Shown here piece after piece: positions 47,387 to 60,920 of a stretch of DNA of 64,000 bases; the first letter of the stretch is position 1, and each line of letters starts with the position of its first letter. Made by a program: the position numbers and the translations under genes. The stretch is taken from assembly GCF_009914755.1 (NCBI RefSeq), contig NC_060937.1; one strand, given 5' to 3'. Source of the DNA: the human T2T-CHM13v2.0 reference genome, Homo sapiens. The notes beneath the pieces are model-generated. The model saw only the letters and a list, made by a program, of their open reading frames with translations. It did not search any database and was not told the origin of the DNA.

Positions 47387-49649
47387 ACACCTTATGGTCA
47401 ACAAGTGATCACCAGTCCAGATCTAGATTGGTGCTGGGAAGGATGCCAATAGACCTGTGTCAGAGAAAGTGACACTGCCACAGATAACTCTGACGACAGA
47501 ATTTCCTTAGAGAGCCTGGTAGCAAACCTAACCCCAAGGGGCTATCGCACCAGATGAGGCTGAAAGGCTGCACTCGAGTCATCTTACCTCCTGTTTGCCT
47601 GAAACATCTGCATCTATCACAGAGAGCAACATCGAGGTCAATTCCATTTGCTATTAGGCTGGCTTTAACCTATCTAGCAGTCAGTTCACTTCACAAAACT
47701 CTCCAAACATGTGCAAATTGCCAAGCAAATGAATTTTTTTTCTTGTCCTAAACCCTTTCAAGGGTTTTTAAGATGTGTCTTTCCATAAGTGAAAAGGAAA
47801 TGTTTTATGCTAGATCAAATGATACAGATGCAACTAGTTTCTGGCAGAAATTTTCAATAGCCACTCACCAGCACTCTTCAACATGAGGCTGTTAGTTTGG
47901 TTTTACCAGTGTGTCCTCAATTATCAAATGCCTCAGAATCACTATAGACTTTATAACACAGTTTGTGAGCACACCAAAAACAGAGTCTAATTAAGAATCC
48001 TAATAGCCATTTCAACTCCACCTAATCTCAAATCCTAATAACTAAGTTTTGCACATGTGGGATGTGGGATAGGCTAATAGGTATACCCTGGGCATGTGAA
48101 TTCCAATTATTCTCATTCCATTACAGCTCCCAGAACTGCTGAGCAAGGTCAATTTATTAAAAGCGAATGCTGGTAAACTGTGGTACATCCATACCATGAA
48201 ACACTCATGCCCCCAAAGCTGGTTCTCTTCCTAGATTCTCAGCAAAAGCCTCCTCCATTGACCTAGCTGTGCAAGCCAGGGAAGCGCAGGCATCCTCCCC
48301 TAGGACTCCCTCCCATGGTTAAGGCTTGTCACCTTCTGAACTCTGCTCCACACCCAGCAGTATCTTCTACAAGGACTCATCTCCCAACCCCTGCACACTG
48401 TGGCACAGGATCCTAAACCTCATCTCGATTTGTAACTTCACACGCGGAAAGGTAAATTAATGGAATTTCAAATCAGTTCTAATCAATAGTTTAATAGGTA
48501 GTAAAATACAGAGTACAAATAATGTGTAGAAATCCAGATACTGCGATGCCCCTACTTTGTGTTCATGATAGGAATTTGTTTTTTGCAGAAAATTTAAAAA
48601 TACATGTGTTCAACAAACCAATTTAATCAAAATGCAACAACTGATGATTTAGGGAATGATAAACATATGTAGTATTGGGAAAATAAGTCAGATGCTTATT
48701 TGCAGCTGTTTTCTGAGGTTTCCATTACATCTAATGGAATAATAATCTATTGTATCTAACGGAATAATAATCTATTCCATTGACATGAAATTTTATGTCT
48801 ACTTTCCTCCTCATTCTATCATTTTTCCTTCTTAAATGTAAAACTTCAATAGGTTATAAATAACTAGCATCCAGTAAAAGTCCACCCACAAAAACATTCA
48901 TTTTTGTAGCCTAAGAATATTGTTTGGAAAATGGTTTCTAACTGAAGGAAAAAGCTACCAGAAAAAAAAAAAAAAAAAGTTCCAGCAACTAGTTTAAAAA
49001 CAACACAATCATTGCATTTCTCATCTCAAAATGTGCAGACAGTATATTACTGTCTTGTTTCTGGGCCTGACAGTGGATACAGACTTTGTAATGACATGGC
49101 GAATACAGTGGTATCAAAATTCTATTTTATTCTCTGTAATCTTGCTTACGAATGACCCAGTGTGCACTTCAAAGATTGATGATTAAAGATAGCACAGTCA
49201 TGCAAGGTGAATAGACCATCTCTCAGTTACTTTTTAATGTAAAGTCTTCTATCAAGCTAGTCACGATTCAGAGGTTCCTCAGTCTGAAGAACCTGAATCT
49301 TCAAAGGAAGGTGTTTTGAGAGATGGTGGGAAGTGTTTTATTAATGCAGCATAGACTTACCCAACACCAGTAATGTCACTTTGACACCACCCCGCCTGCT
49401 CACACTGAAGGTGATATAAACTTGACTGCCACTCTAAAATCTTCAGACTGGTGTTTTGTTCAACCCACCTCTGTTCTAGTCAGGAACTGGTGATGGGATA
49501 GTTGCCATCCTAATGACCAGTGGCAATGTAAACTCTCCCTATAGTGTGTTACAGCACTCTAGGTCCAGCTATTTTAAAGGACAAAGGACAGCATAATGCA
49601 GAACTAAATATGAGCCCTGGAATAGAAAATATGGGCCCAGGTCCAAAAC

Positions 49650-49944
<295 letters not shown>

Positions 49945-50049
49945 TCAGGCACTAGCTTGGCCATTTACCAGTGACCTTGGGTAAGTTCCCCAGTCTTAGC
50001 TGCCTCACCTGGGAAGAAGCTTAAGGTTATCCTGCGCAACCTTCTAGCC

Positions 50050-50255
50050 CAGGGGTGTCCAATATTTTGGCGTCCCTGAGCCACACTGGAAGGACTGTCT
50101 TGGGCCACACATAAAATACACTAACAATAGCTGATGAGCTAAAAATTTTTTTAAAAGGTTCATGTATAAATCTCATAATGTTTTCAGAAAGTTGATGAAT
50201 TTGTGTTGGGCCACATGCGGCCTACAGTCCATGGGCCGCGGGTTGCACAAGCTTG
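50050..50255. mobile_element. MER30 (hAT-Charlie) MITE
   Basis: TIRs caggggtgtccaa / ttgcacaagcttg; 8-bp TSD ttctagcc / ttccagcc; 'tcttgggccacacataaaatacactaac'. Confidence 0.9.
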
Positions 50256-50879
50256 TTCCAGCCAGTGTTAAGAACCCCACCTATGAACAGTCTAATGACG
50301 TACGTTTGACACTTTATTTCTTAGTATGTCAGCTCCTCTCCCTGCTGAACAACCAGGAAGCTCTTACTTGTACTCAGTATGTGGCTCTCTGTCCTTTTCA
50401 ATGCAGTCCCAATTCAACCCTAGAAGCAAAACATCCCCTAGACAGCAGCTCTTCAAACGATGTATGAGAAGACAGGTGCTACACCCCGTGTAAGTTTTCC
50501 CTGAGCAATCCTGAAATGATTTGGTTTTCTGACAACTCTCCCCATGTCAGATCAACTCTGGCTTGGCAGAGACCTTACAGGAACACGCTAGAGAACTCCA
50601 GACGAATTGCATCCCACGGAATTCTAATCACCAAAACCCAGCTGATCAGAATCACCGGGGAACTTCTGAAAACTAGTTTTCTCATCTGCAGTGGATCAAA
50701 ATCTTCAGGGATCAATCTCAGGAATCAAAACATTCTACTAATCATCCAGATTTGATCAAATCAATATAGCGGCACTACTTAAGACAGTTTGGCTAATGGA
50801 AAGCAAGCAGGAGGTATGAGCTTTCCTCAGTTATGTTTTATACCACAGTTTAATTATATGACAAATTGTTGAGAACAGG

Positions 50880-51156
50880 TTTTTTTCTTTTTTGAAATAT
50901 GGTCTCACTCTGTCATCCAAGCTGGGTTGCAGTGGTGTGATAATAGCTCACTACAGTCTCAACCTCCTGGGCTCAAGCCTCCAAGTAGCTGAGACTACTG
51001 GTGCACACCACCACACCTGGCTAATTTTTTGTATTTTCTAGAGACAAGGTCTCCCTGTGTTGCCCAGGCTGGTCTCGAACTCCTGGGCTTAAGCAATCCT
51101 CTTGCCTTGGCCTCCCAAAGTGCTGGGAATACAGGCATGGGCCACCACGCCTGGCC
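50880..51156 (-). mobile_element. Alu (AluJ)
   Basis: Antisense; TSD agaacag. Confidence 0.92.
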
Positions 51157-51997
51157 AGAACAGATGATTTTTAAAGGATCCAGTTATTTAGATGCATTAT
51201 AACAGATGTATATGATACAAAATAGAGTAAAATCTTTTTCTCAGGAGTTGGGGCTCTACAGTGGCTGCCTGAGTGAGAATTCCTCAAGAGTAATTTAGGG
51301 CCTTTCCTTATGGAAAGGAAAGGGGAAAATTTAGTTTGATGGAGTCTTAGAAATTCTATTACCCAATAGTATCATAAGTTAATATTCTTAAATTGCAATT
51401 ATACTTAGTATTTCCAGTCCCTTTGACTGCTGTTGATTTCCAGATTCCCATTTTGGGCTGGACAATCTGACTGCATCCCTGCGATTTCACCAATACTTTC
51501 CTACTCTGCATTCCTCCACCTACCCTGTAGAGTTGTATAAATATGTCCATTTATACAGCTGATTTTTCTAGGTTTCCTTTGATTCATTCTCATATGACAA
51601 ATTCCTCAAGAGCAAAAACTAGGCCTTCATCTTTCTTAATAATGACTTACAGTAAGGATGGAAGTACTGGTTATTGCTAAAAAATCTTTTGATAGTCTCA
51701 AACTCTTTCAAAAAGTTGAAGAGGGTGGAACATTTCCTAACTCATTCTATGACAGCAGCATTACCCACACCAAAGCCTGACAAAGACACTACAAGAAATA
51801 AAAATTACAGACCAAAGTCTCTGATCAATATTGATGGAAAAATTGTCAACAAAATACTAGCAAGCTGAATTCAGCAGCGTACTAAAAGTATTATGCACAA
51901 TAACCGAGTGGATTTATCCCTGGAGTACAAGGATAGTTTCACATATGAAAAACACTATAATATATCACACTGATAAGATAAAAAAAACATGTGATCT

Positions 51998-52426
<429 letters not shown>

Positions 52427-52559
52427 CTATGATAAAATACTAAAAGCTTCTCCTCTAAAACAAGAACAAGACAAGAATGCCTACTTCCACCACTTCTATT
52501 CAATGTAGTATTGAAAGTTCTAGCTAGAGCAATTAGGCAAAACAAGTAAATAAAGGTCA

Positions 52560-52929
<370 letters not shown>

Positions 52930-53713
52930 TTAAAGATTCCACACCAAAAAAAAACTAATAAAGCTAATAATTCAGCAAAGTTGCAGGACACAAAACCAAC
53001 AAGCATCAGTTGCATTTCTATACACAATGAACAATCCTAAGAGGAAATTAAGAAAATAATCCCATTTATAATAGATCAATAATAAAATACTTAAAAAGAC
53101 CTGTATGATAAAAACAACAAAAGGTTGGTCAAAGAACTTAAAAACCTAAATAAATGGAAACACATCAGTGTTCATAGATTAGACTTAAAATTGTTAAGTC
53201 AATTTAATCTTTGAAAATCCCATCGACAATTTTTGCATAAACAGAAAAACCTAAGGTTCACATGAAACTCTGAGGGGCCTTAAGTAGCCAAAACGATCTT
53301 GAAAAAGAACAAAGTTGGAAGACTCATACTTCCTTACTTCAAAACTTACTACAAAGCTACATTAATCAAAACAGTGTGGTACTGGCTAAGCTCAGATATA
53401 CAGACAAATGGGACAAAAGAGAGTCCTAAAATAAACCCTAGCATACATGGCCAACTGATTTTGGCACCTCGTTCAGTGGGAAAAGGACAGTCTTTTCAGT
53501 AAGTGGTGCTGGGAACACTGGGTAGCTACATGCAAAAGAATGAAGTTGACCCTTACATCACATACTAAAATTAACTCAAAATGGATCAAAGACCTAAATG
53601 TAAGAGCTAAAATAATACTCTTAGAAGAAAACACAGGGCAAAAGTTTCATGACATTGGATTTGGTGATGCTTTCTTAGATATACCAAAAGTAAAGACAAC
53701 AAAAGAAAAATTA

Positions 53714-53980
53714 GGCCAGGTGAGGAGGCTCACACCTGTAATCCCAGCACTTTGGGAGGCCGAAGTGGGAGGATTGCTTGAGCCCAGGAGGTGAGAGCAG
53801 CCTGGGTAACATAGTGACAGCCCCACCTCTACAAAATATTTAAAAATTAGCTAGGTGTGGTGGCCTATAATCCCAGGTACTTGAGAGGCTGAGGCAGGAG
53901 GAGCACTTGAGTCCAGAAATTTGAGATTGTAGTGAGCCACTGTGATTGTGCTACTGCAGCCTGGGTGGGAGTGGGACCCT
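53714..53980 (+). mobile_element. Alu (AluJ) whose tail is replaced by the purine tract
   Basis: J-type body ending 'gtgggaccct' directly abutting the GA tract; TSD-like aaagaaaaa at ~53702 and ~58717. Confidence 0.9.
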
Positions 53981-56900
53981 GGGAGGAAGGGAGGAAGGGA
54001 GGAGGGAAGGAGGGAAGGAGGAAGGAAGGAAGGGGGAGGGGAGGGGAGGGAGGAAGGGAGGGGAAGGAGGAAGGGAGGAGAGGAGGGAGGGAGGAAAGAA
54101 GGGAGGGAGAGGAAGGAAGGAAGGAAGAGAGAGAGGGAAGGGAGGGGAGGGGAGGGGATGGAGGAAGGGAGTAAAGGAGAAAGGAAGGGAGGGTGAAAGA
54201 GAGAGGGAGGGAGGAAGGAGGGAGGGGAGGGAGGGAGAAAGAGAGGGAGGGAGGGAGGAAGGAGGGAGGAGAGGGAGGGAGAAAGAGAGGGAGGGAGGGA
54301 GGAGGGAGGGAGGAGAGGGAGGGAGAAAGAGAGGAAGGGAGGGAGGAAGGAGGGAGGAGAGGGAGGGAGAAAGAGAGGGAGGGAGGGAGGAAGGAGGGAG
54401 GAGAGGGAGGGAGAAAGAGAGGGAGGGAGGGAGGAAGGAGGGAGGAGAGGGAGGGAGAAAGAGAGGAAGGGAGGGAGGAAGGAGGGAGGAGAGGGAGGGA
54501 GAAAGAGAGGGAGGGAGGGAGGAAGGAGGGAGGGGAGGGAGGGAGAAAGAGAGGAAGGGAGGGAGGAAGGAGGGAGGAGAGGGAGGGAGGAAGGAGGGAG
54601 GAGAGGGAGGGAGAAAGAGAGGGAGGGAGGGAGGAAGGAGGGAGGAGAGGGAGGGAGAAAGAGAGGAAGGGAGGGAGGAAGGAGGGAGGAGAGGGAGGGA
54701 GGAAGGAGGGAGGAGAGGGAGGGAGAAAGAGAGGGAGGGAGGGAGGAAGGAGGGAGGAGAGGGAGGGAGAAAGAGAGGGAGGGAGGGAGGAAGGAGGGAG
54801 GAGAGGGAGGGAGGAAGGAGGGAGGAGAGGGAGGGAGAAAGAGAGGGAGGGAGGGAGGAAGGAGGGAGGAGAGGGAGGGAGAAAGAGAGGAAGGGAGGGA
54901 GGAAGGAGGGAGGAGAGGGAGGGAGAAAGAGAGGGAGGGAGGGAGGAAGGAGGGAGGAGAGGGAGGGAGAAAGAGAGGGAGGGAGGGAGGAAGGAGGGAG
55001 GAGAGGGAGGGAGAAAGAGAGGAAGGGAGGGAGGAAGGAGGGAGGAGAGGGAGGGAGAAAGAGAGGGAGGGAGGGAGGAAGGAGGGAGGAGAGGGAGGGA
55101 GAAAGAGAGGGAGGGAGGGAGGAAGGAGGGAGGAGAGGGAGGGAGAAAGAGAGGAAGGGAGGGAGGAAGGAGGGAGGAGAGGGAGGGAGAAAGAGAGGGA
55201 GGGAGGGAGGAAGGAGGGAGGAGAGGGAGGGAGAAAGAGAGGAAGGGAGGGAGGAAGGAGGGAGGAGAGGGAGGGAGGAAGGAGGGAGGAGAGGGAGGGA
55301 GAAAGAGAGGGAGGGAGGGAGGAAGGAGGGAGGAGAGGGAGGGAGAAAGAGAGGGAGGGAGGGAGGAAGGAGGGAGGAGAGGGAGGGAGAAAGAGAGGGA
55401 GGGAGGGAGGAAGGAGGGAGGAGAGGGAGGGAGGAAGGAGGGAGGAGAGGGAGGGAGAAAGAGAGGGAGGGAGGGAGGAAGGAGGGAGGAGAGGGAGGGA
55501 GAAAGAGAGGGAGGGAGGGAGGAAGGAGGGAGGGGAGGGAGGGAGAAAGAGAGGAAGGGAGGGAGGAAGGAGGGAGGAGAGGGAGGGAGGAAGGAGGGAG
55601 GAGAGGGAGGGAGAAAGAGAGGGAGGGAGGGAGGAAGGAGGGAGGAGAGGGAGGGAGAAAGAGAGGAAGGGAGGGAGGAAGGAGGGAGGAGAGGGAGGGA
55701 GGAAGGAGGGAGGAGAGGGAGGGAGAAAGAGAGGGAGGGAGGGAGGAAGGAGGGAGGAGAGGGAGGGAGAAAGAGAGGGAGGGAGGGAGGAAGGAGGGAG
55801 GAGAGGGAGGGAGGAAGGAGGGAGGAGAGGGAGGGAGAAAGAGGGGAGGGAGGGAAAGGAGGGAGGAGAGGAGGGAGGAGAGGAAGGAGGGAGGAAGGAG
55901 GGAGGAGAGGGAGGAGAAGAGAGGGAGGGAGGGAGGAAGGAGGGAGGAGAGGGAGGGAGAAAGAGAGGAAGGGAGGGAGGAAGGAGGGAGGAGAGGGAGG
56001 GAGGAAGGAGGGAGGAGAGGGAGGGAGAAAGAGAGGAAGGGAGGGAGGAAGGAGGGAGGAGAGGGAGGGAGAAAGAGAGGGAGGGAGGGAGGAAGGAGGG
56101 AGGAGAGGGAGGGAGAAAGAGAGGAAGGGAGGGAGGAGGAGGGAGGAGAGGGAGGGAGAAAGAGAGGGAGGGAGGGAGGAAGGAGGGAGGAGAGGGAGGG
56201 AGAAAGAGAGGGAGGGAGGGAGGAAGGAGGGAGGGGAGGGAGGGAGAAAGAGAGAAGGGAGGGAGGAAGGAGGGAGGAGAGGGAGGGAGGAAGGAGGGAG
56301 GAGAGGGAGGGAGAAAGAGAGGAAGGGAGGGAGGAAGGAGGGAGGAGAGGGAGGGAGAAAGAGAGGGAGGGAGGGAGGAAGGAGGGAGGAGAGGGAGGGA
56401 GAAAGAGAGGAAGGGAGGGAGGAAGGAGGGAGGAGAGGGAGGGAGGAGGGAGGGAGGAGAGGGAGGGAGAAAGAGAGGGAGGGAGGGAGGAAGGAGGGAG
56501 GAGAGGGAGGGAGAAAGAGAGGGAGGGAGGGAGGAAGGAGGGAGGAGAGGGAGGGAGAAAGAGAGGGAGGGAGGGAGGAAGGAGGGAGGGGAGGAGGGAG
56601 AAAGAGAGGAAGGGAGGGAGGAAGGAGGGAGGAGAGGGAGGGAGGAAGGAGGGAGGAGAGGGAGGGAGAAAGAGAGGAAGGGAGGGAGGAAGGAGGGAGG
56701 AGAGGGAGGGAGAAAGAGAGGGAGGGAGGGAGGAAGGAGGGAGGAGAGGGAGGGAGAAAGAGAGGAAGGAGGGAGGAAGGAGGAGGAGAGGGAGGGAGGA
56801 GGGAGGGAGGAGAGGGAGGGAGAAAGAGAGGGAGGGAGGGAGGAAGGAGGGAGGAGAGGGAGGGAGAAAGAGAGGGAGGGAGGGAGGGAGGAGGGAGGAG

Positions 56901-58728
56901 AGGGAGGAGAAAGAGAGGAAGGGAGGGAGGAAGGAGGGAGGAGAGGGAGGAGAAAGAGAGGGAGGGGAGGGAGGAAGGAGGGAGGAGAGGGAGGGAGAAA
57001 GAGAGGGAGGGAGGAGGAAGGAGGGAGGAGAGGGAGGGAGAAAGAGAGGGAGGGAGGGAGGAAGGAGGGAGGGGAGGGAGGGAGAAAGAGAGGAAGGGAG
57101 GGAGGAAGGAGGGAGGAGAGGGAGGGAGGAAGGAGGGAGGAGAGGGAGGGAGAAAGAGAGGAAGGGAGGGAGGAAGGAGGGAGGAGAGGGAGGGAGAAAG
57201 AGAGGGAGGGAGGGAGGAAGGAGGGAGGAGAGGGAGGAGAAAGAGAGGAAGGGAGGGAGGAAGGAGGGAGGAGAGGGAGGGAGGAGGGAGGGAGGAGAGG
57301 GAGGGAGAAAGAGAGGGAGGGAGGGAGGAAGGAGGGAGGAGAGGGAGGGAGAAAGAGAGGAAGGGAGGGAGGAAGGAGGGAGGAGAGGGAGGGAGGAGGG
57401 AGGGAGGAGAGGGAGGGAGAAAGAGAGGGAGGGAGGGAGGGAGGAGGAGGAGAGGGAGGGAGAAAGAGAGGAAGGGAGGGAGGAAGGAGGGAGGAGAGGG
57501 AGGGAGGAAGGAGGAGGAGAGGGAGGAGAAAGAGAGGGAGGGAGGGAGGAAGGAGGGAGGAGAGGGAGGGAGGAAGGAGGGAGGAGAGGGAGGAGAAAGA
57601 GAGGGAGGGAGGGAGGAAGGAGGGAGGAGAGGGAGGGAGAAAGAGAGGGAGGGAGGGAGGAAGGAGGGAGGGGAGGGAGGGAGAAAGAGAGGAAGGGAGG
57701 GAGGAAGGAGGGAGGAGAGGGAGGGAGGAAGGAGGGAGGAGAGGGAGGGAGAAAGAGAGGAAGGGAGGGAGGAAGGAGGGAGGAGAGGGAGGAGAAAGAG
57801 AGGGAGGGAGGGAGGAAGGAGGGAGGAGAGGGAGGGAGGAGGGAGGGAGGAGAGGGAGGGAGAAAGAGAGGAGGGAGGGAGGAAGGAGGGAGGAGAGGGA
57901 GGGAGAAGAGAGGAAGGGAGGAGGAAGGAGGAGGAGAGGGAGGGAGAAAGAGAGGGAGGGAGGAGGGAGGAGGGAGGAGAGGGAGGGAGAAAGAGGAGGG
58001 AGGAGGAGGAGGAGGAGGAGAGAGGGAGGAGGAGGAGGGAGGGAGGAAGAGAGGAGGGAGGAGAGGAGGGAGGAGAGGAGGGAGAGAGAGGAAGGGAGGG
58101 AGGAAGGAGGGAGGAGAGGGAGGGAGGAAGGAGGGAGGAGAGGGAGGGAGAAAGAGAGGAAGGGAGGGAGGAAGGAGGGAGGAGAGGGAGGGAGGAAGGA
58201 GGGAGGAGAGGGAGGGAGAAAGAGAGGAAGGGAGGGAGGAAGGAGGGAGGGAGGGAGGGAGGGAGGGAGGGGAGGGAGGGAGAAAGAGAGGGAGGGAGGG
58301 AGGAAGGAGGGAGGAGAGGGAGGGAGAAAGAGAGGGAGGGAGGGAGGAAGGAGGGAGGAGAGGGAGGGAGAAAGAGAGGGAGGGAGGGAGGAAGGAGGGA
58401 GGAGAGGGAGGGAGAAAGAGAGGGAGGGAGGGAGGGAGGAAGGAGGGAGGAGAGGGAGGGAGGAAGGAGGGAGGAGAGGGAGGGAGGAAGGAGGGAGGAG
58501 AGGGAGGGAGAAAGAGAGGAAGGGAGGGAGGAAGGAGGGAGGAGAGGGAGGGAGAAAGAGAGGGAGGGAGGGAGGAAGGAGGGAGGAGAGGGAGGGAGAA
58601 AGAGAGGGAGGGAGGGAGGGAGGAAGGAGGGAGGGGAGGGAAGGGAGGGAGGAAGGGAGGGAGAGGAGGAAGGGAAGGAAGAGGAGGAAGGGAAGAAAGG
58701 AAAGGAAGGGAAGGAGAAAGAAAAAAGA
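53981..58728. repeat. ~4.7-kb polypurine/polypyrimidine compound VNTR (44-bp core, optional 24-bp module)
   Basis: Only three T residues (54159, 54172, 54194), then no pyrimidine seen from 54195 to 58728; anchor 'gagaaagaga' at 54367, 54411, 54455 gives period 44. Confidence 0.98.
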
Positions 58729-60859
58729 CAGACTGGACTGCACCAAAATTTAAAATTTAAAACTGTGTATCAAAGGATACTACCTATAAGACAGTGAAAA
58801 AACAAACCACAGAAAGGGAGAAAATATTTGCGAACTGTACATATAAGGGGATATCCAGAATTTATAAAGAACTCCTACTACTCGACAGAAAAAAAAGCAA
58901 ACAACTGGACAAAGAACTTGAACAGCCATTTCCTCAAAGATACACAAATGGCCAATAAGCACATGAAAATATACTTAACATGACAAGGCATTAGGGAAAT
59001 GCAAATCAAATCACAAAGAGATACCACTCGCATACTTATTAGCATAGCTATTATAAAAAAAACTCAGAAAATAATAAGCATTGGCAAGAATGTAAAAAAA
59101 CTGGAACACTGGTACATTGCTAGTGGGAATGCGTAACGGTACAGCCGCTGTGGAGAACAATATAGCTGTTCCTCAAAAAGTTCAACACAGAATTCCACGA
59201 TTCAGCAATTCCTAGATCTATACCCAGAAAACCTGAAATCTGGGGCTCAAACAGATACTTGCACACCAATGTTCACAGCAGCGTTAGTCACAACTGCCAA
59301 AAGGTGGAAAAGACCCAAATGTCCGTTAATGGATGAATGTATAAACAAAATGTTGTATATACATAAATGAAGTCTTATTCAGCCTTACAAAGAAAGGAAA
59401 TTATGGCACATGCCACAACATGGATGCACCTTGAAAATAAGTGAAATGACACAAGAGGACAAATAGTGATTATTCCACCTCTATGAGGCACCTAGAGCAA
59501 GTTCATCAAGATAAAAAGCAGAATGCAGGTTCACAGAGGCCGCGGGGAAGGGAAGTATGGGGAGTGACCATTTAATGGGTACAGAGTTCTTGTTTGGGAC
59601 AATGAAAAGAATTCTGGAAATGGACGGCAGTGGTATCTGCACATGGAGAATGTACTCAGTGTCACTTAATTGGACACTTAAAAATGGCTAAAATAGTAAT
59701 TTTTAGTTTTGTGGGGTTTTTTTTGTTTTTTTTTTTTTACCACAACAACAAAAATCTTTTGGTAAGGATAGCCACGGTTAGGAGCCTGGACACTGGAGTT
59801 ATACCTACTTGAAACCTGGACCTGCTACTTTCCAGCTGACTGGCTCTAAGAAAGTTACTTAACCTCTAAAGAACCTTAGATTCTTCCTTTGTAAAATGAG
59901 GATGTCACTGTCTCACAGATGTGGTTAAGATTAACATTAAAAGAAGTAAAATATCGAGTACAGGGGCGATCACATAGCAGGCTATCACCCAAAAGCGATA
60001 GGTTGTTACTTCAGTAGCTCTGCAGACAGAAAACAGATGCAGTTATTATAGAAAACACATGAATGAAGAGAGATGGGGAAAGCCTTGACATGTTAACAGG
60101 CACAGGTACCGCTAACAGGAAATCATGAAAAAAGGTGTGTGGCAAGGGACTCTCAGCTTTTCAATAGTTCACGAAAACTTTTAGGTATACAGGATTTCAT
60201 TTACTACAAGTTCAATATGAAGTGTGTGATACAGACGCTTAGAAAAGAGAATGTGATCGTAGGTCCCAACTGACAGTATAGTTCACCTGTCACTGTGCTT
60301 GTTCTAGGAACACTCTTTCAGAGACATGAATGAAAAACAGTGCTTCCAGAATAGGGCTCCCAGGAAGGATGAAGTCTCTGAAAGCCATCTAATACAAAGA
60401 TCAGCCTTGAGATCAGAAGCACACTGGGAGAATGAAGGATGGGCTGAAAATAATGGCAACATAAATAACAACTCAAGTTACTCAATAATGGAACAGGCTT
60501 CCAGCACTCAAGTGCAGGTTGACTGACCACTTGTGAAAACAGATTTTACAGGAGCAATTACTACACAGGAAAGGAGGAGGAGCAGGAGAAACAGTGATCT
60601 TTAAGGTATTTTACCTATTTTACCCTCTAAGATTCTATGACTCTCAATGTTCAAATTTAAACTTTGAACTTTTCAGACATGCTATCACAGAAAGGTGACA
60701 CAAGCTACTATGTGCTAAATAAATGCAGGCACATGTAGAATGTTGTTTTACACACACGCAATTCTGTTCTAGGGAAAATCTCTTTGGATACAGAAGTAGG
60801 AGCTTGGGCAAAAGCAGTAACACAGTTTCCAAAGTGTCTACTTCTAATCTGTAAATACA

Positions 60860-60920
60860 TTTTAGGCAAAAAGGAAAAAACACACTTGAAACCCACAGGC
60901 ACAAATAAACCAACTTTAAT
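60860..60920 (-). terminator. cleavage/polyadenylation site
   Basis: Minus strand: ...atctATTAAAgttggtttatttgtgcc|tgtgggtttcaagtgtgttttttcctttttgcc; hexamer at 60915-60920, predicted cleavage ~60897-60902, then a GU/U-rich element. Confidence 0.75.

Noticed and set aside
48729-48776. 25-bp-period doublet (atctaaYggaataataatctatt x2)
   Set aside because: Ordinary two-copy slippage duplication with no further structure
53851-58797. Three ORFs of 1,534-1,631 aa (poly G/R/E/K and poly S/L/P/F)
   Set aside because: A purine-only strand and its complement cannot contain stop codons, so every frame is open. Starts lie in Alu/L1 flanks or in the tract itself, and there is no domain content
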